Shown: positions 56,131-64,000 of the stretch, piece after piece
Numbering within the stretch: position 1 is the stretch's first letter
How the letters are laid out: each line of letters starts with the position of its first letter
Assembly: GCF_964355755.1 (NCBI RefSeq)
Contig: NC_092675.1
Span: 29,360,912 to 29,424,911, forward strand
DNA from: Antedon mediterranea
Lineage: Eukaryota > Animalia > Echinodermata
Length of the DNA: 64,000 nucleotides
Direction: 5' to 3'
The notes under the pieces: model-generated
The model's input: the letters and a program-made list of their open reading frames with translations, nothing else
The model's database searches: none
What the model was told of the DNA's origin: nothing
Program-made: the position numbers and the translations under genes

Positions 56131-57511
56131 TATGGATAACCTTGGCTGAAGTGGGCAGGGACACTCAGCTGCAAAATCTTCAACTTGCCCTAAAGCATGC
56201 TAAACGTGTCTTCCACCCAGGTTACATTTAACACAAGAACAACCCAAGAATCTTCTGCGCAACCGGGAATTTTTGTTTCCATAGTCACCCAACCCTAGAC
56301 TTTTGCTACTTCTCTGTATTTGTAAAAATAAATATAATATACAATTCTAAATTCATCAATTTCCATCAGGCTTATACTAAAACAATGTGCATTATGTATT
56401 TTCTGAACAATAAATAGAATATTTCATTTTATTTATTAATCAAAACATATAATGACATTTTAGCTTGTGACTTGTCTTCAAATTGATTGGGCCTTGAAAT
56501 AAACAAATTGCTAACGTTACCTCATATCATCTCATGTGATTCAAGCTGTAGTAGACCTCTTATGTGTACTATGGGAAAATGTCTCTGTACTTCCTGTTAG
56601 CATTCTACTTTTTTTAACAATTTTTGTTTTGATTGTTAAAGCTATAGAATTCTATAGAGTTGCATTGCATGTTTGTTGATTGCTCAGCTCACCAGAAAAT
56701 GTATCATTGGTCAAAGTTCAAGCAATCATGTCTATATGTCACAGGGTAGTTTAGAATTGGTTCTGTGCCTGTAAATTTATTTACATAGTTTTTTTCTACT
56801 GCAAAATTACAGTATTAGTATTACTTTTAACAATAAAAACATTGTAAACATAATTTCATATTTTTTTTAATAGTTTATAAAACATGATTGTCTACACAAT
56901 GTAACGTTTTACTTGTAATTATTAGTTATACATAAGGTGAAAGTTTACCCAATGGAAATAAGCTGATAAGCTTTTTGGGCTACTGTATCCTGGAAAATCT
57001 TTTATAAATGTATTATTTGTAATGTCCGTAATTTATGTTATCACTTTGTATATATATATATTTTATGATGATTTTCCTAATAAATTTAAATCAAATCAAA
57101 TCATACCACTAGTGTTGTTTACACAAGTAAGTAAAGTGCAAACAAACGTATAGTTAATATTCAATCCATTATTGTGAATGTTCAATGTGTGCATGTTATA
57201 GGTGCCCAAATCATATTGCAGTGTTTTGTTTGATCTTTGTAGTAGAGCTAATCATTTTTAAACAGCGCCACCAGTCGCAATTAATTTCACAGTGCACTGA
57301 AATTAAATTAGAATGATGATAATCTATAGAGTGTTGTATTGGTACGTGGTGAAATATCACTTTCATTAGTAAACATGAATTAAATTGTTATATTTCCAAT
57401 TAAAGTCCATATTAAATTCATTCAAATGTCATCATATAAATGTTATCGCATAAAAGACTGTCTCAGCTCTGATTTGCTAGGGTGATTTCCTACCAATTTT
57501 AGAATCTCTTC

Positions 57512-57647
57512 TAAAGCTGTGTCTACAAAACAATATGGTGTGTCCATATATGGACACAATGACATCATATTTGGAGATATCGCTACCATATTTGGGTACA
57601 TCAAACTTTTTTGGTTAAACTAGTTTGATAGTGTAGACAGAGCTTTA
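57512..57647. mobile_element. MITE, same family
   Basis: aaagctgtgtctaca ... agtttgatagtgtagacagagcttta. Confidence 0.75.
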
Positions 57648-58083
57648 GATTCCACTGTGGCTTAACACTTGAATCCCAATTTGGCTTTGATTTTTAATTG
57701 TTTGGATTTGCACTGTGGAAAATCAAGAGTTTTTCTTAAACAAAACATAAAATTAACACTTCAAAAATATGTTTTTAATTTTTAAAATTTATTTCCCATA
57801 AAAATTACAAATACCGTAGTTGTCATTTGATACTAAACAAAATGTGAAAAACCTGACAAAGCCTTTCGCTTTAACAATTCTTCACAATTCTGGAAGAAAA
57901 ACAAGCCTTCTGCTACATTCATTGCAAAATAAACAAGCAAAACATTCAATTTATAAAATAAGTATATAGGTATATCCTGATAAAATACTAATGGAATATT
58001 ATGTATGAATTACAAAAATATACAGCAGTAGTTATAAATGATGATATGAATATTATTTTATATATGTATGATTATTATTTATG

Positions 58084-58772
58084 TATCCCTTTTACACCGG
58101 CAGCAAAAATGCGGAGTTGATCCGGATTTGTGTAACTCAAGTTATACCCGGGACACAGAAATGTGGAAATGTAGGCCGGTGTAAGCAACGTAAAAAATTA
58201 AGTCAACACGGGACGGACCTGTGTACTTGCATGTTCGCGGTGTAAACAGTCCCGCATTGGTTTTCCTGGTTGGTTGCTATCCTCGCTCACTATAGTATTT
58301 CCTGGTTGGTTGCTATCCTCGCTCACTATAGTATTTCCTGGTTGGTTGCTATCCTTGCTCACTATAGTATTTAATTTATAAACAATTAAGATAAGACTGA
58401 TTTTGTTTATTTGCTTATGTCGTAATAAAACGTATGTTTACTTCATTTTTTTTTCATTTTTATATAAAGAAATATTATTCTTCACGAGTGGACTCAATTT
58501 GTTTGTATTGCCATAAAAAAACTGTAGGAGATATAATGAGCAGACCGTTACTAGGGTGTCTCTTCATGCGTGAGAGGGCGATATTTTGATTAATCTAAAA
58601 CATTTATACAGGTTGTTATTTTGATTAATCTAAAACATTTATACAGGTTGTTATTTTGCAGTGTAAACACATGCAACCCATGTCATTCCCCAGTTAATGA
58701 ATCAGGTTTGAAATGAAAATGTATCCGGGCACGAAACATGTTTGTTGTAAGCTTGGCGGTGTAAAAGGGGTA
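58084..58772. mobile_element. TIR MITE with internal short tandem repeats
   Basis: TATCCCTTTTACACCG ... CGGTGTAAAAGGGGTA; internal ~36-bp triplication at 58260-58370 and a duplication at 58582-58658. Confidence 0.7.
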
Positions 58773-58873
58773 ACGTATATGGCACTATTGACAAGTATTG
58801 GTTACATTGAATTAATAATATAAATATTACAATTTAAAAGTAAATGCAAGTTCATTTTCAAGATTCAAGAAGA

Positions 58874-61800
58874 TTAAACATTAGGTAACCATTTTGACTC
58901 CGTGAACAGTTGTAACTTATGAATGTCTATCAGGGTTAGATCAAGTTCTTCCATCATTTTTTGATCTAGATCCATTAGTAATCTTCCATCAATCCCATTT
59001 TCTCTGAACTTTTCCACATGTTTTTCTAACTTTAGAAGATTTAAGCAGTCTTGTACATCTTGACACGTCATGTTACTAAGATCATCTGGAATGTCAGCTT
59101 TGCTTCTGATTCGGTGTCTAGAACGTCGAAATAAATGTTTCACCTTGTCCCCAAGTGATGGTTTTACTTTTTTTTCATTTTCAGAAACTGTCAAATATGA
59201 GATAAATCCAGAGGGTTCTTTTTCTTCAGGAAGTTCTGTGAGTTCCTCATTCTTTAAAGGACATTCTGTGAGTTCCTCATTCCTTAGAGGAAGTTCTGAA
59301 GGAACCGGTTCTGATGCTTCCAGAAATACAACATCCTTTGGCTGTGGCCAGAAACCATGACTCATATCTTCATATTCATCACCACTTCCCTCATCTGAAT
59401 TTTCTTTTTCATTTTCATAAATATGTCTCTTGGCAGGTACATCGTATTCTGGTTGTGGCCAAGTTGTTACATAATTATCAAACACCTTGCCTTCAACACA
59501 ATATTGAAATAATGGACAATCTGTTGGTTCAGGTAGTATGAGATTTTTGAGTTCAGAATGTGTAGGATCTTTAAGTTTAGATTGTGCAGGATCAAAAGGC
59601 TCAATTTGCTCAGATGGTTTCACAGATGCTATTTGACTTTCTAGCTCAAAAGGTGTACCTGCATATAAATCGATTTCCTCAGTTGATTTCACAAAAGGTT
59701 TACAATATTTGTTCTCAGGTGTGCCTGTATGAACATCTTCCTTTGATGATTTAGGAATGTTGTGCTCAGAAGGGTTACCTGTAGAATCATAAGGCTCAGA
59801 TGATTTCTGAGACGGTTTATGATCATCATGCTCAGAAGGTTTTGGGTCATTATGCCCAGAAGGTGTATGGTTATTATGCTCAGTTGGTTTCTTAGACGGT
59901 TTAGGACCTTCATGCTCAGAAGGTGTTAGTTCATTATGCTCAGTTGGTTTCTTAGACGGTTTAGGACCTTCATGTTCAGAAGGCTTCTGATGTGCTACTG
60001 TTCTTTTATCAATTTTTTTAGGTTTTGCTTTTACAGGAGGTTTGACTGGAATGTTGTTTTTAACACTTTTTGGCTTTTTAGGCACTGGAGGAGGTTTTTG
60101 AGCTGGTATTGCTGAGTTTTGTACAATGTCTTCCTTGTCATTCAACCCAGATGTTATCTCCAAAGGCAAAATAGATTGAAATTCATTTTTATTTCCTTTA
60201 TTTCCTTCATCCTGTTTTTTTTCCAAAGGTTGTTTGCACTGTGGTTCTTGTTTCTCCTGAACTTTAAATTGCGCATTGACAATTATTTCTGGGAAAAAAA
60301 ATACAAATAGGAAATATTTATTAACCTTCTTCCTTTTAGTGATAGAATAGTTCAAGTTGAAGTTCAAATTTATTCACATAATGCAAACATATACAAAATA
60401 TAAAAGATACAAGTGGTTGGAAATTAAGTAAATAATAGTTGCATTATGCCTGGAGAATACCATTTAAACCCCAAGGGGCTTTAAGCCTGGATCCACCAGA
60501 AAGAATAAAAAAGTTAAAAATAATAATAATAAGCATAAGGTGAAGGTTAGCTACTGACAGACAGGGACGGACATGTACGACGATACAAACACGACAAGGA
60601 CGACAGGAATAGATATTTAATATGTAATTAGATTATTATTATTGTATTGAATTTCATTAAACTATTTTCATTTTGATTTAGTTTTAAAGAGTTATTTAAA
60701 AGTTAATAAAGTAAACTGCAACTTTAATTTTATGGTATTGATCGCTATTGAAAAAATTAAAGATTCAATATATACAAGTCACCTGTATTGCCTTGATAAT
60801 TGTTAAAGTCTTCATCTGAGACAATCTTGAGAACAGCATCATAAAAACAGCTCAGTGTTGTTTGTTTGCTTCTATTAAGTGCAACTTTAAATCGGATTTC
60901 CGGACAGTCAATAGGAATACACTCTATTTTACTAACAACACCATCTGTGAAGAAACATTTACATGGTTTAACAATAACAGTAATATCTTGACAGTTTATA
61001 GGCCCCCAACTCTCCTGATAATCATGAGGAGTCTCTTGTAAATAGGACGCTCTATAATGTTGATGTTTTCAAGTGTATAATACCTTCATACTTAATGCCA
61101 ATTAATTATTTGAAAAAATTGATAATAATGGTGAAAAAATCTTATTCAAATAAGTTGATATGAGATCTTTATCTTTATATGGGATGAAATATAAAATAGT
61201 TTGCCCCCTGTCACTCTCTGCATTTTCTTAGTTTCGATTAAATGTAACACAATAATATTTGACATAACACTCTTTGAAATACCAATACTTTTGCCAGACA
61301 ATGTCCTCTTAAGATATGCATGATCGACCGCGGCAATAGAAATAATTGTGGGTTGGTATAACGTCATGAACAATTAATAATATTGTAAATTTCCTCTATA
61401 ATCATAATATATTTATAGAATATTTAGTAACTTAAATATTACTGATTTAATAAATATTTAAAAATTATATTTTTTTATAAACATAGATAATTTTTCTTTC
61501 CTTGACCTTTTTAAAATGTGTTGACTACTAAATGAATATTATTAAATCATAGATTATTGTTATTATTAACTATTCGTTACATAAAAAGGTAATTTTTTTA
61601 AATGATATAAAATTGTGCAAGTCCTCACCTTGAGAAATACAAGTTCCCACTAAATACTTCATTAAGCCTCTTTCTTTCAATGTAAGCTCAATATCTTTGG
61701 TTTTATTCGGAAAATGTTTGCATCTAATGTTCATCGGCAACCGCATGTCTTTTTCAAGAACCACTTTTTCTTGTTGTGCATTTGAAACACCTACAGTATA

Positions 61801-62550
61801 TATAAATAAGAGTCTAAGGCTATTGATTTTTGTAAATAAGTACCTTAAACAATTTCTTTCTCCACCCCCATCCTCTTCTTCTCTATCAGCACCCCCCCCC
61901 CCCACCCCATAATCATCCTTCCTTCCTCCATAAAAGATATTTTACATTATCAAAAGTAATTTGTGTTTATATTTTTTATCACTTTAAGTGGTGTAATAAG
62001 AATAATTAGAGTTGTATCTAACCTTCTGTTTCTGGTTTAAACAGTATAATATTGGAGTTGGCTGGGATACTGAACTCATTACCTTCTCTATCGTCAGCTA
62101 AAAATCTTGACTGGTTCTTAACACTATGTATGTATAAAATCTATAGTAGTAGCAAATATATAAAAACAATATTATAAACTAATTTAAATGTCATTAAGAA
62201 AAATAACAATGGTGAAATATAAATACTTGAACATCAGAAATAGGCAAAATTAAAGTGCAATTGAAAAAAACACCTTTTGGTTTGAGATTGCAACATCTTT
62301 ATATAGATCAAAATAGACTATGAATGAAAATGGTTATATTGCTTGGAAGCAAAATAAAATAAAATAGTAAAAAAAAAAAATTTGTCTTCAAACTTACTTG
62401 ATCTTTTTTGTATCCTTCATAAAAATTAGGACCTCGCTTACAACTTACAACTTTAACAATCTTGGGAAAAGATTCTGTTCTGGCCAAATCGCCTGCTGTA
62501 AAACTTTGATAGGACCAGGAAGTCTCCGCAAGTTTATCAAACTCTGCCAT
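58874..62550 (-). CDS. CABIT-like + SAM domain adaptor protein (GAREM/THEMIS-like), paralog A, ~669 aa
   Basis: Five GT-AG exons: 62550-62398, 62140-62023, 61790-61629, 60944-60783, 60288-58874, totalling 2010 nt in an open frame. N-term WSYQSFTAGDLARTESFPKIVKVV...ILYIHSV...FSIPAN; C-term SAM-like IPDDLSNMTCQDVQDCLNLLKLEKHVEKFRENGIDGRLLMDL...KWLPNV. Confidence 0.85.
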
Positions 62551-64000
62551 GTTTCTACTGTGATATGATATGCATGAGGAAACTAGTAGTAGTGCTTTAT
62601 ATAATGTAGTTTATGCTTGTGTAGATAAATACAATCAATTCATTGCTATTTATAGTCACTCTGGAAACACATTTTGTTATTGGTATTTTTAGTGTTCATG
62701 GATAATTTTGACCACACAAAATGTATAAGGACTGTGCATATTTTTTTTACATTTATCTTGTGATATAATTTCCCGAAGGATAGTAAAATCAAACCAATAC
62801 TTGCTGTCAACTACTGAGACCATTCATTCATAGAAGCATTGATGATGAAAGTTTATATTGTCCTAAGGCATGACTCAACTTCAATAAAATTTGTTTGAAA
62901 TTTTAAAATGTTTTGATCAAATCTTTTTGATTTCAAAAAGTCAAGATGAAGTAAAACGATAATACTGTATACATTGTTTAATGAGCTATTATTTTATTTT
63001 ATTGTAGTTAATATTATCATCATGCATTCTGCATTCATGTTACAGTTTATTTCAATACTAATAATCATCCTTAATAGTTATGAAAATGAATATTTGATAT
63101 CAATATTATTTATTTTTCTCGTGGTGCAAACACCAATTTTATTCACATTCATATTATTTCATGTCATTACATAAAATCATATTATTTAACACATTTTTGT
63201 TAATTCTAAATGTCGTTAAAATTCATCAGTAACATTTTTACATTTATGAATTCCGTATTACCTCCTTTTTTCATTAATTTTCTTATATTTTTCTATACAC
63301 TTGACAATGAGCACCATTGTCATCTATCTCGTTTTAAAATATTTCACACATAAGGAATTTGTGAGTTTTTCATTTGTTTGTTTTCATTTTACAACCCGGA
63401 TCAATATTTGTTATTTTATCATCCTTCAAAAACAGTTACAGAAGTAATGTATTATTTTTCGAAAGCTACAAGTATACAATCAAATGAACAAATACAAAAA
63501 AAGCAATGGTATTATGGAAAGTAAGTCAACACGACGTCCAACGCACCATTAAATCTGGATTGGATGTATTTTGCAAATTTTTGGTGTTTCTATTTTGTCT
63601 ATTTTGTAAGTTTTGTATAAGACTTAATATGGTAATTATAAAAAGTACAAAATGATAGAACACAGCTTAAAACAGTTTTTATGAAAAGAAAAAAAATTCA
63701 AACATCTATAAAAATACAACTATATTACAAAACAACTTTAAAAATACAATTACAATGTTAAATTAATAACTCCTTTAAATCCTTGTTATTCTTGTATGAG
63801 TATGTTTCTTATTTATTGCTTAAATGCTTTTTTTGTTTTCATTATATTTGTTTATTGTATGTAAATCAAATGAAAACCAACCAACCAAATTTCAGTTGTA
63901 CCTACAGTAGTTGTAAACATGACAATAATATTTTATAATAAAATTCTCTATAGCGCCCTCTATTTTTGTATATTTAAATTTTGGCACAGTAGTAAATTGT

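Noticed and set aside
39699-60310. Short + strand ORFs overlapping the array genes
   Set aside because: Antisense shadows of the - strand coding exons.
61146-61373. Possible extra exon of paralog A
   Set aside because: No counterpart in the other paralogs, and the flanking exons already join in frame.

Overview
AT-rich eukaryotic (animal, probably invertebrate) genomic DNA. The + strand carries the first three coding exons of a CaMKII-type kinase gene (4297-4382, 4517-4611, 30148-30207). I found no fourth exon by eye, so intron 3 probably runs past the window end. On the - strand, at 39.5-62.6 kb, lies a head-to-tail array of five spliced paralogous genes that all reconstruct to intact ORFs. 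Each has an N-terminal CABIT-like (THEMIS/GAREM-type) domain and a low-complexity, proline-rich tail. Four also have Tyr motifs in the tail and a C-terminal SAM domain. The array therefore appears to be a diversified signalling-adaptor cluster nested antisense in a CaMKII intron. The non-coding DNA holds several tandem arrays (109, 57, 16, 12, ~90 and 34 bp units), many MITEs, nested insertions with intact TSDs (including a 5S-rRNA-derived SINE) and two degenerate Penelope-type hammerhead ribozymes. All domain assignments come from motif recognition, not database searches.
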